A stretch of DNA of 64,000 nt from Octopus vulgaris (GCA_951406725.2 OX597824.1:68758001-68822000), one strand, 5' to 3'. Counted from the stretch's first letter, positions 13,311-26,812 are shown. Program-made: numbers and translations. Notes: generated by a model from the sequence alone, not told the origin.

Positions 13311-13839
13311 TTTTTAAAAAATGATTTTTATAATTTGTATATAACACCACGGAAGAATCGACGGAAGCTTAAATAATAAAACGCGATAGGTGAACCGCGA
13401 TATCTCGTGAGATTACTGTAATTACAATAACAATAATAATGATATCAAGAAGGAGAATTTTTTTCAGAACCCGGAACCTTGCGGTTAAGTAGCGCACTTC
13501 TTACCACACAGCCAGGCTTATAGTTTTGCTACGATGGATATATTGATGGCAATGTTTGGATAACATCTTATACATAAATGGTATAAACAATATCTTGGCA
13601 TATCTAAATGTCTATCTTTTATCTTATTATTATTACACGCTGGAGTTACACAGTTCTTATAGCCAATTCTTCTTCTCCGGAACTGGTTTTACCTTGATTA
13701 GCAATTTGGATTATAAGATATTTAGATCTTCCGACTACTAATCCGGTGTTCAGTTCAAATATAGTAACTTTGGACATACATATGTACAGACATTCATACG
13801 TACGTGCACTCACACGATCGCGCGCACACACATATAAAT

Positions 13840-13883
<44 letters not shown>

Positions 13884-13911
13884 GTGCTCACATATACCTG
13901 ACCTACCTATC

Positions 13912-13956
<45 letters not shown>

Positions 13957-14209
13957 AAATATATATACACACATATATATATATATGAAATATATACATA
14001 TATAAAATATATATGGTTGTGTGTATGTGTGTGTGTCTGTGTGTGTATGTGTGTATTCCAGAGGGTGATAAGTTCAAAGAAGCTATGTCTGGCCACTTAG
14101 AATAATGAATTCAAAGATAAGTCTGAGAGTGAATAAACAACATTTAATCCATAATCGTTAGTTCGAAATAATATATTTTGTTGAACTAACGATAATAGAT
14201 TAAATTAAA

Positions 14210-14275
<66 letters not shown>

Positions 14276-14603
14276 GAAACCTTGTCTCTTGCGTTAGTAG
14301 AAGAATATATATACATACACATATATATATATACGTCTACACACAAATACACACACACATAGTTATTTTGAGGATACAGATACCTTTTAAAAAGGGATGT
14401 TAACATCCAAGCTTCACCGGTTTAATTTTATATATCGATGAAATGTTCAAGAGTCCAGTATTACTTAATATATTAAGATTCAATTTTTTTAATTTACTAA
14501 TTTGTAATTGAATGAGTTGAGTCTGGAAAAAAACTGTAGGTAACAGAGAACTTTGACAATATGTTAATAAATTGAAGTTTAGCAGTTAAAACTCAATTTT
14601 CTC

Positions 14604-14637
<34 letters not shown>

Positions 14638-14640
14638 TTT

Positions 14641-14937
14641 TCTCTTTTACTTGTTTCAGTCATTTGACTGCGGCCATGCTGGAGCACCGCCTTTAGTCGA
14701 GCAAATCGACCCCAGGACTTATTCTTTGTAAGCCTAGTACTTATTCTATCGGCCTCTTTTGCCGAACCTCTAAGTTACGGGGACAACCAGCATCGGTTGT
14801 CAAGCGATGTTGGGGGGAAGGGGACAAACACAGACACACAAACATATACACACATACATATATATATATGATTCCGTCTACCAAATCCACTCACAAGGCT
14901 TTGGTCGGCCCGAGGCTTTAGTAGAAGACACTTGCCC
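14641..14937 (-). mobile_element. SINE family A, head-truncated, abutting a family E head fragment (14938-15080)
   Basis: Same body and tail as 12766-13189. Confidence 0.85.
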
Positions 14938-15146
14938 ATTTCTACAGCTGAGTGAATTGGTGCAACGGGAAATAAAGTGTCTTGCTCAAGAACACAACAC
15001 GTAACCCGGTCCAGGAATCGAACTCACAACTTCACGATCGTAAACTCGACCCTCTAACCACTGAGTCATGTGCCTTCACTAAAACCAATATGTATATGTA
15101 TGTATAATATATGTATGCATCTATAAGCGCAGGAGTATGTGTAGCT

Positions 15147-15306
15147 AGGCGCAGGCATGGCAGTGTGGTAAAAATTTGCTTCCCAACCGTATGGTTCCGG
15201 GTTCAGTCTTACTGCATGACACCTTGGGCAGGTGTCTTCTACAATAACCTCAGGCCGACCAAAGCCTTGCAAGTGGATTTGGTAGAAGGACACTTATAGA
15301 AGCTCG

Positions 15307-15360
<54 letters not shown>

Positions 15361-15652
15361 AGTCAAATAAAGACATATATATATATATGAATATACATGT
15401 GTGCGTGTGTGTATGTGTGTTTTTGGTTTTTGTGTCTATGTTTGCCCCCCACCAACGCCTGACAACCAGTGTTGGTTTGTTTACGTCCTCGTAGCTTAGC
15501 GGTTAGGCATAAGAGGTTGACAGAATAAGTGCCAGGCTACAAAGAAAAAAAGAAAGGAAAAAATACTGCGTTCGATTCATTGGACTAAAAATTCTTCAAG
15601 GCGGTGACCTAGCATGGCCGTAGTCTAATGACTGAAACAAGTAAACGGTAAA
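15147..15652 (+). mobile_element. SINE family A, diverged
   Basis: GGCGCAGGCATGGCAGTGTGGTAA head to ATGACTGAAACAAGTAAA tail. Confidence 0.85.
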
Positions 15653-15659
15653 AGACGTT

Positions 15660-16606
15660 TGTATGTATGTATGTATGTATGTATGTATGTATGTATGTAT
15701 GTATGTATGTATGTATGTATGCATGTATGTATGTATGTATGCATGTATGTATGTATGCATGTATGTATGTATGTATGTATGCATGTATGCATGTATGCAT
15801 GTATGTGTGTATGTATGTATGCATGTATGCATGTATGTATGCATATATGTATGTATGTATGCATGTATGCATGTATGTATGCATGTATGCATGTATGTAT
15901 GCATGTATGCATGTATGTATGCATGTATGCATGTATGTATGCATATATGCATATATGTATGTATGTATGCATGTATGCATGTATGTATGCATGTATGCAT
16001 GTATGTATGCATATATGCATATATGTATGTATGTATGTATGCATGTATGTATGCATGTATGTATGTACGTATGTATGTATGTATGTGTGCATGTATGTAT
16101 GTGTATGTATGTATGTATGTATGTATGTATGTATGTATGTATGTATGTATGTATGTATGTATGTATGCATGTATGTATGTATGTATGTATGTATGTATGC
16201 ATGTATGTATGTATGTATGCATATATGTATGTATGCATGTATGCATGTATGCATGTATGTATGTATGCATGTATGCATGTATGCATGTATGCATGTATGT
16301 GTGTATGTATGTATGCATGTATGCATGTATGTATGTATGTATGTATGCATGCATGTATGCATGTATGTATGTATGCATATATGTATGTATGTATGCATGT
16401 ATGCATGTATGTATGCATGTATGCATGTATGTATGCATATATGCATATATGTATGTATGCATGTATGCATGTATGTATGCATGTATGTATGTACGTATGT
16501 ATGTATGCATGTATGTATGTATGTATGTATGTATGTATGTATGTATGTATGTATGTATGTATGTATGTATGTATGTATGTATGTATGTATGTATGTATGT
16601 ATGTAT
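15660..16606. repeat. ~950 bp (ATGT)n/(ATGC)n compound microsatellite
   Basis: Visible directly; it explains the 270-370 aa YVCM/HTYI ORFs. Confidence 0.97.
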
Positions 16607-17142
16607 GTGTGTGTGTGTCTGTGTCTGTGTGTGCACGTATATAAATAATATAGTGACTGAGCAGCCATAAATACGTCGCGAATGCTGGTGCAGTCCCACT
16701 TTCTGAGCAGAATGTTCTAAGCCTTTTATTTCCTCTGTGTCCGTAGGACTATCTTTTTAAGTATGTGGTTGATATTCTGTATACACAGCATCTCTAATTG
16801 ATACATCATTGAATTCATGCCAGCTGTTCTGCATTTGTTGTAACATTTTGAATATGGCTAATTCACTAGTCTAGAAATAATGCGTCTAGCTATCTTCCAA
16901 AAGTCTCCGGCTGGTTACGACCTTTGGTTGTGATTCGTATAGCCTATGAGTTATAGTTATATAATTGCTGGCTTTTAAATATCAAGCTCTTCCTGATGCG
17001 AAATTTTGTAATAGGAAGTTTTAGAGATCTAATCGTTGTCCTGAGTGCAAAAGCTTGCTGGATATCCACGAAGAAACCTCTATGCAAACACTAACGCGCG
17101 TATGTAAACGCATGCATGTATCTACGTATGCACGTACATACC

Positions 17143-17212
<70 letters not shown>

Positions 17213-17286
17213 TATGTATTATTTATTTATCTTTATATCTATCAATACACGTACACCCGCAAACACACACAACACTCATATTTTAA

Positions 17287-17353
<67 letters not shown>

Positions 17354-17410
17354 CGTGTGTGTGTGTTTGTGTGCGTGCGTATGTATTTATATATAAATAT
17401 AAATATATAT

Positions 17411-17622
17411 TAGGGAGATGTACTTGCATAGCAAGTGACCTGATCTGAGATCGTGTGCTGGAACGAAAACAATTGCAGCGTGGAAGGTGTTTATAAGCCA
17501 TTTAAGAAACACACAAAAACCGTTAGATTCACTTCAACATTGAAATTTAATATGTCAAAATATTTTCGTCGCTGTGGGACCGCGACCTGTTCACTGACAA
17601 AACTCCGTGCTGCACGGAGTTT
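17411..17622 (-). mobile_element. Short (TA)n-flanked element with a variant hammerhead (G3:C8) at 17553-17599
   Basis: Minus strand: tgtca GTGAACA g gtcgc-ggtcccaca-gcgac GAAA atat TT tgaca; 11 bp terminal hairpin at 17600-17622. Confidence 0.65.
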
Positions 17623-17862
17623 ATATATATATATATAACAAACAACGAAGTGATTTATTCAAGTTTGGTACACGTGTTTTGTTTGGAACTTTTATTTCAA
17701 TGTAAACATAAAAGAATACACCGTACGACTCCCAAGCGCATCAGCAACTTCTCAAAACGAGTGAAGAATGACTTGTTGAGTAATCCATCGGTTTTCAACA
17801 GCTAGTAGCTTGCTTCACTTTATAATATACCTCGTATCTTCATAGATCCATTGCAATCGAAT

Positions 17863-18191
17863 ATGAGAGACCCCCTTCGGTCATGACTGACCGTGGGATT
17901 GCCCTTAAAAAGTTACCCTCCCAGGGCACAAGTCCGGGCAAGGTTGTTTATGGAAGACCAGCAGTCGCCCATGCATACCGGCCTCAGCTCTCCACGCCAC
18001 CAGTGTTATCCAAGGGAAAGACAACAGCCGATACAGCTTGGCACCTGTGATGTCACAACTCATTTCTACAGTTGAGTGAACTGGATCAACGTGAAATAAA
18101 GAGTCTTGCACAAGAACACAACACGCAGCCTGATCCGGGATTCAAAGTCACAACCTCACGACGCTCTAACCACTGAGCCATGCGCCTTCAC
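17863..18191 (-). mobile_element. tRNA-headed SINE family E
   Basis: Minus strand GTGAAGGCGCATGGCTCAGTGGTTAGAGCG...TTTGAATCCC with A/B-box-like motifs; related heads near 14938-15080, 18950-19060 and 53195-53315. Confidence 0.75.
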
Positions 18192-19293
18192 AATCGAATA
18201 TATATATATATATGTATGCATGTATGTATGTATGTATATATATATAGACATACATGCAAGTTTATTCAGACACACGCGTGCCTGCGCAAACTAAGAGCTA
18301 TATTAAGTTATGTAATAAAGGCTCAGAGCTTTGTTGCTTTGAATTTTTTGCATTCTGCAAAAGAAAACAATTTTAAGAAATCCGAAAAAATAGCAGATAT
18401 CAACTTTGCCATTCATCGTTCGTCATTGATCCTTATGTGAAGGGCGGGGTACAACTCTTCATGTAAGCATGTAGGTGTCTCCATACGAGAGGCTGTGTGC
18501 CTGTCCAATGTCAAAACAGATGATCATCTGCATAACTACAACGTTCTCCTGCCAATACACTAGTCTGTCGTTGTCTACCAGGTGGAACTAACGCATACCT
18601 ACAGGAGATATACAGACTTATGAAAGTTGACTCCTTTCCAACATACCCCTGTCGGGGTTGTTAAACGGGTACCATGCCTTACTACAGGGCAATCATAACT
18701 ACACAGGATAGGGTCGTTACTCCGTGAGTTATTCACAAAGTACCCATGTATGAATGTGAATCCTAAATATTATGCATGATGATTGAATATCATACATGGT
18801 CGTTAACTACATGCCATATTTAGTTCACGTTACTCCATGAGAAGCATTCGGTTTCCCAGTTTGTGTGACTTATATATTCCTCCCTGGAGGGGACGTCGAT
18901 CCGCCAGTCCGCTGGTCCGCCGCAGGATTATTCATTTTCACCTACAGTGAAACTGAAACATTTTGCTCAAGAACACATTACACCGCCCCATTCAAGAATC
19001 AAAACCACAATATTGCGATCATGAGTCCAACATCCTAACCACTAATCCATGTGCCTCCACAACTCCATGTTATACACGAATGTTAAATGTTATACATGAA
19101 TAGTAATGATGATATCACTGAATAACTGAATCGACCAGACTATTGGCTATTGTATGTATGACCATGTATATGCATATGTGTATATTATATTCCAGTCCGA
19201 ACAACACAAGTCCATATATATGTATGAATGCATGTCTTTTTGTATACATGTACAGCTGAATGTGTGCGTGTATATATATATATATATATATAT

Positions 19294-19980
19294 AGCAATA
19301 ATAATTCTCTAAAAGGGATATAGACAGTAACTGCTCGATAACATAAGGGACTAAAGCCATCTGAATATGGCTAGGGACAGGGCAGGGTGGTGGGGGTGTT
19401 ACTGTTGCATTTAGCCCCAGGCGAACATCGACGTCACCAGAAAGGCTCGACACCGTCACGGTGCCCTAAACCTGCAAAGGGAGGTAATTCCCCGATGAAG
19501 CGGAAACCACACACGGACCATGGTTTCAAGGTGTATTGCCTATCATCGGCGTGTGGTAGGCCTCCGCTTCCTCGACGAATTCTCACCATGCAGGATTTCT
19601 TATATAGATTTTCAAGCAAAATACATTTGCTGATTTCGAAAATCTGTTCGAAAGCAATAATAATTCTCTAAAAGGGATATAGACAGTATCAGCAAATGTA
19701 TTTTGCTTGAAAATCTATATAAGAAACCCTGCATGGTGAGAATTCGTCGAGGAAGCGGAGGCCTACCACACGCCGATGATAGGCAATACACCTTGAAACC
19801 ATGGTCCGTGTGTGGTTTCCGCTTCATCGGGGAATTACCTCCCTTTGCAGGTTTAGGGCACCGTGACGGTGTCGAGCCTTTCTGGTGACGTCGATGTTCG
19901 CCTGGGGCTAAATGCAACAGTAACACCCCCACCACCCTGCCCTGTCCCTAGCCATATTCAGATGGCTTTAGTCCCTTATG

Positions 19981-19984
<4 letters not shown>
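19294..19984. mobile_element. Fold-back element with 297 bp arms, each carrying a hammerhead motif; (TA)n on both sides
   Basis: 19338-19634 is the reverse complement of 19688-19984 (one mismatch seen). Hammerhead-like fold at 19752-19825 (+) and mirrored on (-). Confidence 0.85.
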
Positions 19985-20060
<76 letters not shown>

Positions 20061-21203
20061 CGGGATTATGTTTCTATGTCATGTATGTCTGCATGTGTTT
20101 ACGTCCGAGAATGTATGTATGTATTTATGTATGTATGCATATATATATATACATATATATATGTATGCATGTGTGTCTGTATGTATTTTATCGTATGCAC
20201 GCGTGTATATATATGTGGGGGCGTTTGTGTGTGTGTGTGTGTGAGCGTTGAGATGTGTGCGCATGTGTGTCCGTACGTTATTCTAAGCGTGTGTTTGTGC
20301 TTGCGCGTGTGCCTGTGTGTGTGTGTGCGTATGTGGTGCTTGTATGTGTGTGTGTGCATGTGTGTGTACACAAGTGCGTTTCCAAACACCATTATTATAA
20401 TGGCTTGATAGCTCAAGATTTCAATCAAGAACACAAGAGAACATGGGGCTTGGAATGGGTAGCAGGAGAAGGAGGAAGATGAGGAGGAGTGGGAGGGGGA
20501 GGAGAGAGAGGGAAGACGAGGAGGAGACAGAAGTCACTTATGACTTCTTATCTCATCTTTTCATCTCTCTCTTTCTCTTTCTCTCCGTCACTCTCACACT
20601 CTCACTCTCACTCTCTCTCGTTCTCTTCTCCTTTATATGTTTCTCTCTATCTCTTCGTCCATCTCATTTACCTTTTTCATTCCTACGGTCGTTTCATGCT
20701 TCTCTCTTCCTATCTCGCCTTCGTTGCTTACCACGTTCCCTTTTTTTTTCTATCTAAAACAAATGACAGCTTATCGAATTCGTTCTCGGTCGTTGGTTTA
20801 GCCATGCGTGACGAGTGGCAGTGAAACCGATGTTTGTCTTGCGTTTGCGTAAACGACCGTCACCACCCACTCACCCACCAACCCACCCCAACCAAAAAAA
20901 AAAATAACAACAACAATACTAAACAAAACAGTGAAAGTGAAAATGTAAAAGCAAAACAAAAATGTAAAACGAAAGGCTACATAAAAATACTAAGAAATAA
21001 AAAAAAATACAGTCATTCAAAGTAATGTGTGTATGTATGTATATATATATATACACACACACACAAAAACACACATACATGCAAACGATAAGACCAACGG
21101 CAAAGCGCCACACCACACACATACACAAAAACACACACACTCACACACACGCACACACACACACAGATAGCTAGATAAATAGATAGATAGATAAATAGAT
21201 AGA

Positions 21204-21236
<33 letters not shown>

Positions 21237-21294
21237 GGATAGATAGATAGATAAAGAAACAGCGGAACAGATAGATAGATAGATAGATAGATAG

Positions 21295-21411
<117 letters not shown>

Positions 21412-21723
21412 GGATAGATAGCTAGATAGATTAAGAAACAGAGGAACAGATATATAGACTGATTGATTGATTGATAAATAGATAGATATACGTACACAAC
21501 AGCTCACTTATACGTACAAATACATACATACACGCAAAATGAAACAACAAAAAAAACACCAAGTTATCTTTAAAAAATTTCGACAGAACTCCAGTAAAAG
21601 ACACACAAACAGACAGACAACCATATACTTTTCGGTAAAGATAATATAGAAGACAAAAAAAAAAACCTAGAAGAAAATAAATGTGGCTTTTTTCATAGTT
21701 GGGTTGGTGGTAGGAGCTTTTAA

Positions 21724-21762
<39 letters not shown>

Positions 21763-22134
21763 GGGGAAGTTATTAATCTTAACATTGTGATTGTTACTGT
21801 AATTGTTGTTGTTCTTCTTAATGTCATCGTTCGTGTTATAGTTCTTTCTACATATTCTTTTGGCATTTATTGTTATTTTTTTTTGCTCTTACCAATTCCC
21901 ACGGGATTCTTCTTGTGATCTGTTCGATTAGGTGATCTGGCGTCCACTGATGACGCTGCTGTTGTCGTTGTTGTTGTTGTTGTTGTTGTTGTTGGTCGAC
22001 AGCAGCTCCATTAGGAACATATAAACAGAAACGCCACCGTTATATTCCTGGTGGGAATATGTCTTATAGTAATTGTTTCCGCTTTAGCATTGTTATTAGA
22101 CCGAAATAAATTGAGTGTGGAGCAGTTGTTTTGC

Positions 22135-22207
<73 letters not shown>

Positions 22208-22486
22208 GCAACACAATATATAAATATATAAATATATATGTATATATATGGATATATGTTCTGAGGTTACACATTTTGCATCTAGCTCGTCGTGGTGATG
22301 CCAATCTATGTTATGATGTGTTTAGACTTTTCAAACCCGAACATATAAACATATATACATACATACATACATTTACATTCATGTATAGCTATGTACCAAT
22401 TTAGCTATGCATATAAATCTGTATACATATGTATAGGTACCTTATATGTAAGTATATATAAGATGCATCAATTATACATACATTTA

Positions 22487-22655
<169 letters not shown>

Positions 22656-22656
22656 C

Positions 22657-22826
22657 GTTGGGCTGTGATATAGGATCCCTTTTGATTGCTTTTTTTCCGA
22701 TCCCTTTTGATCGAAATTTTATATTTGTTTCCTTTTTATTTCTTTTTCTTTTTCCATCTTCGAAAAGAAAAGCTCTACATTTGAATTTGTCCCCTCTGTG
22801 TTCAGCCCTGTGTGGTCAATAAAAAA
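22657..22826 (+). mobile_element. Short Tx1-type 3' UTR fragment after (TCTA)n
   Basis: CTGTGATA..GATCCC..CGATCCCTTTTGATCGAAA..AAAGCTCTAC..CAGCCCTGTGTGG.CAATAAA, similar to 42875-43115. Confidence 0.7.
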
Positions 22827-23152
22827 AGTTATCCGTTGGACTGCCTGTCTCTTTAACGAGTGAATAAGCTATCAACTAGCAATATGCCTTGTAATCATGA
22901 ATTTTCATCTACCAATCATTTCACAATAAACTTTAAAGAAATCGTACTAAGTTCACACATTATTCAATGCAAGATATATATATAAAATATATACTCAGCT
23001 ATATTAAACCAGTCAAAATGTGATGGGACTATAAGCGAATACATATTTTCCATACAAAACTCTTTCACTATATTTTTCAATACAGTTTAATATGAACATA
23101 TTTACAGTGATTATTGACGACACGGAAATGCTAGAACACTCACACAAACACG

Positions 23153-23194
<42 letters not shown>

Positions 23195-23362
23195 CTTCTA
23201 TACACACACGCACACACACATATACATATAATACATACCTACAAGTCGAACATATACATGTATGCATGTAAGTTTGTATGTATGTATGTTTGCATGCATA
23301 TATACATATATATATATATATACATATATGTATGTATATATGCATATATATATGTATATATA

Positions 23363-23418
<56 letters not shown>

Positions 23419-23476
23419 TATGTATATATATACATATATACATGCATATATACAAACATATATATATACATACATA

Positions 23477-23519
<43 letters not shown>

Positions 23520-23542
23520 GTGTGTATATATATATATGTGTG

Positions 23543-23657
23543 TGTGTTTACGTCTGTCTTAGAAAAATATTCAATTTTTTCGTGTCCATACTGTCCCATT
23601 ATGCTCAAACTTATCCAGTTTCCGTGGCGTTTAAATGGAGGGAATATGGTTCTTCCC

Positions 23658-23712
<55 letters not shown>

Positions 23713-23732
23713 GGAAGAGCCATATTCCCTCC

Positions 23733-23773
<41 letters not shown>

Positions 23774-23888
23774 GGGAAGAGCCATATTCCCTCCATTTAA
23801 ACGCCACGGAAACTGGATAAGTTTGAGCATAATGGGACAGTATGGACACGAAAAAATTGAATATTTTTCTAAGACAGACGTAAACACA
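23543..23888. repeat. Inverted repeat with ~116 bp arms around two (TA)n tracts and a 26 bp third copy of the inner end
   Basis: 23543-23658 vs 23771-23888 are near-perfect reverse complements; CAGGGAAGAGCCATATTCCCTCCATT recurs at 23710-23735. Confidence 0.9.
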
Positions 23889-23964
23889 TACACATACACA
23901 AAGATATAGACAGACAGACAGATAGACAAACAGACAGACAGACAGCCAAGAGACAGCCAATAGG

Positions 23965-24029
<65 letters not shown>

Positions 24030-24849
24030 TGATAGATAGATAGATGTGCATGTGTGCGTTTGTATGTGCGCTGTATATGATTGAGTGTTGTTAGTTCTCG
24101 CTGAACGTATGGTGGGTAGGTTCATTGGTGGTGGTGGTGGGTACGTTCATTGATAGTGGTTGTGGTAGTGATGCTGATGGTTGCAGTCGTTGTTGTGTTA
24201 GTGATAATGTTGTAGATTCGTGCGGTACAGGATCGTGCACACGCGTGTCTGTACACACGACTCTTCCGCGTGTATGCACGACCGTCGAGTGAAGAGATCA
24301 GATAGTTTGTTAGCCCGTCAAGTTCCTGGAAGGTCGAACGGGATACACTCCTCCACCAAACACACACATTCATGCATACGTATAGACACGCACACATAAA
24401 TAAACGGACACACACACACACACATATACACGCACATATGATGATTCCGAGTCACAAATGCCGACCACATTCATCTCCATATCCTACATGGTCCCTTGCA
24501 GTTTAATGTTGATATGATTGGAAATAATTGACTCATTATTGTCCAGCCCCTACTACCATTACCCTATGCCCAACGCCACCATTAGCAGCAACTCTACCCC
24601 CATTACAACCATTATCACCACTGCCGCCAGCACCATCGCCACCACGTCTGTAACAACGAGACAGCGTCTCCTTCCCGACCCTTGCAACCATCGCCGTGCA
24701 CACGAGCAATGTCTGTCCTCAGTTGTCAGCTATTATTCCCTAAATGAGTTTTCTTACACTAACGTTGCTTTCATAAAGAGAACAACCCAGGAGAAAGCAT
24801 TAAGTATTATTATTCATTATTATTATTATCATTTTTATTATCATCATCA

Positions 24850-24901
<52 letters not shown>

Positions 24902-25070
24902 CATTATTATTATTATTGTTGTTGTTGTTGTTGTCGTGTTGTTATTATTATTACTACTATATTGCGCATGTGTAACGCTACAACGGACATACTTGGCAAA
25001 TAACATTTGCAATTTTATATAAGTATATATATATGTGTGTGTATGCAATATATACATATATACATGGACG

Positions 25071-25101
<31 letters not shown>

Positions 25102-25329
25102 GTACATTCTTATAGATGTATATCATTATAAATTCATATGCAAATATACCTACCCAGCTATCCTATACGCATTTCTATGTATGCATATGCAAATGCATGC
25201 ATACATACATACATACATACATACATACATACATACATACATACATACATACAAAAACAAAAGACGAAGACAGGTGTAGGAACAACAAGCAAGTGTATTA
25301 GTTTGACGCTCGGGAAAAATGGAAAAGTC

Positions 25330-25363
25330 TTTGACGTTTCGAGCCTACGCTCTTCGACAGAAA
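25330..25363 (-). ncRNA. Minimal hammerhead-like motif (duplicated at 28716-28749)
   Basis: Minus strand ttt CTGTCGA a gagc-gtag-gctc GAAACGTC aaa; the core has one substitution; related to the 54512-54545 motif. Confidence 0.55.
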
Positions 25364-25493
25364 AGAAGAAGAAAAATGCGTGCGTATATATGTATATACA
25401 CACGCGTGTGTGCGTGTGCAATTCTAAATGTATGTATATATATGTAGAAGGTTGAAAATGAACACAAGAGTTGATATATATGGAAAAAAATTT

Positions 25494-25915
25494 AAGGTAG
25501 AAAACGCTAAAATAATTTTACAAGAAACATTTCAGTACCGGTTTCAGTCATTGAAACTTTTTCAACTCTGAGTATGGAAAACAATTAAATTTTGTAAAAG
25601 TTAAAAGAAAACTTTTTAAAAGAATATTTATGCAGTATTCAAAAGAATATAGTTTTAAAAGAATATTTGCATAGTATTCTTGTGGGTTCGAGGTCGGACC
25701 TCGAACCCACAAGAGTAAACAAGAGAGACAGAGACAGGCAGAAACAAGGAAAATGCCCCTTGTATTTGAATACTTATGCAAATATTCTTTAAAAATCTTT
25801 TCTTTTAATTTTTTCAAAATTTAATTGTTTTCCATACTTACAGGTGAAAAAGCCTCAATGATTGAAAGCAGTACTGAAATGTTTTTTATAAAATTATTTT
25901 AACATTTTCTACCTT
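25494..25915. repeat. Older imperfect fold-back with decayed hammerhead motifs and a central perfect 18 bp hairpin (copy at ~28879-29300)
   Basis: Arms ~25494-25645 and ~25763-25915; hairpin TCTTGTGGGTTCGAGGTC-G-GACCTCGAACCCACAAGA at 25678-25714; GAAACCGGTA remnant on the minus strand. Confidence 0.75.
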
Positions 25916-25989
25916 GATCTTTTTTCTCCATATACATACATACATACATACATACATACATACATACATACTTACATACATACACACAC

Positions 25990-26046
<57 letters not shown>

Positions 26047-26047
<1 letters not shown>

Positions 26048-26273
26048 TTTATTTAAAAGCAGCAGAAATATTACAAAAGCTGTTACTCAGAGTTTCACAT
26101 TCCCGTTGTCGGACATTTTTAAAAATAAAACTGTCCCACGAACGGGAACGTGAAACTCTGAGTAACAGCTTTTGTTATATTTCTGGTGCTTTTAAATAAA
26201 GCATATTACTCTACCACTGGTATTAGAGTAGTCTTTTTTCCATCTTGTTTCCTATTTATGTGCTTACTCCGGT
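26047..26273 (+). mobile_element. Hammerhead fold-back element, same family as 54671-54894 (copy at 29445-29672)
   Basis: Imperfect palindrome 26047-26201 plus 3' tail CATATTACTCTACCACTGGTATT...TACTCCGG; motif ctgt CCCACGA acg-ggaa-cgt GAAA ctc-t-gag TA acag. Confidence 0.8.
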
Positions 26274-26632
26274 GTATGTATGTATATGTGTGTATGTGTG
26301 TGTGTGTATATGTGTGTGTGTGTACGTTACTGAAAGTGACAAAGGGCATTAGTCAGCACCAATATTGCTAGAAATAACAGTCAAATCTACTCATAACCTC
26401 AGAAAGCACTTATGACTGACGTCTATATTTCTGCCTTTCAGTTGTTAATTGCGAATAAGCCACCATTGCCATATATGCGCGTGCGCGTGTGCATAGATAT
26501 TTAATGCGTCTATTAAATGACTATCTCTCTGTAGGTTGAGTATATTTTTACCTCAATAATAATGGATCAGTACATTATATATATATAAATATATATACAT
26601 GCATATATACATATATGTATATAAATACCTTC

Positions 26633-26699
<67 letters not shown>

Positions 26700-26767
26700 T
26701 ACACATATATACTTTATATATATGTATAATTATATATATATGCATACATATATATACATATATGTAC

Positions 26768-26812
<45 letters not shown>

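Larger units (their letters stand above)
12709..13418. mobile_element. Putative pogo/Tigger-like non-autonomous DNA element containing a 5S rRNA copy and a nested SINE
   Basis: Left end TA|CAGTAATACCTTGACTATCGCG; right end reverse complement TA|CAGTAATCTCACGAGATATCGCG. Imperfect TIRs with TA on both sides. Confidence 0.6.
24729..26766 (+). repeat. Donor copy of a ~2 kb local duplication
   Basis: Nearly identical to 28123-30932 apart from microsatellite lengths and one insertion; the ORF track shows identical 89 aa and 61 aa ORFs in both copies. Confidence 0.95.

Noticed and set aside
15596-16699. Long ORFs of 270-370 aa on both strands
   Set aside because: Translations of the (ATGT/ATGC)n microsatellite; the same holds for the YI, YLSI, CV, HT, poly-I/N/R ORFs throughout.
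16660-17060. Possible decayed LINE coding fragment (similar doubts at 6740-6960, 18430-18750 and 47360-47660)
   Set aside because: No diagnostic motif could be read with confidence; needs BLASTX.
19387-19935. Mirror-image ORF pairs (also at 30402-30772) as duplicated genes
   Set aside because: They arise from the palindromes; non-ATG starts and no recognisable domain.
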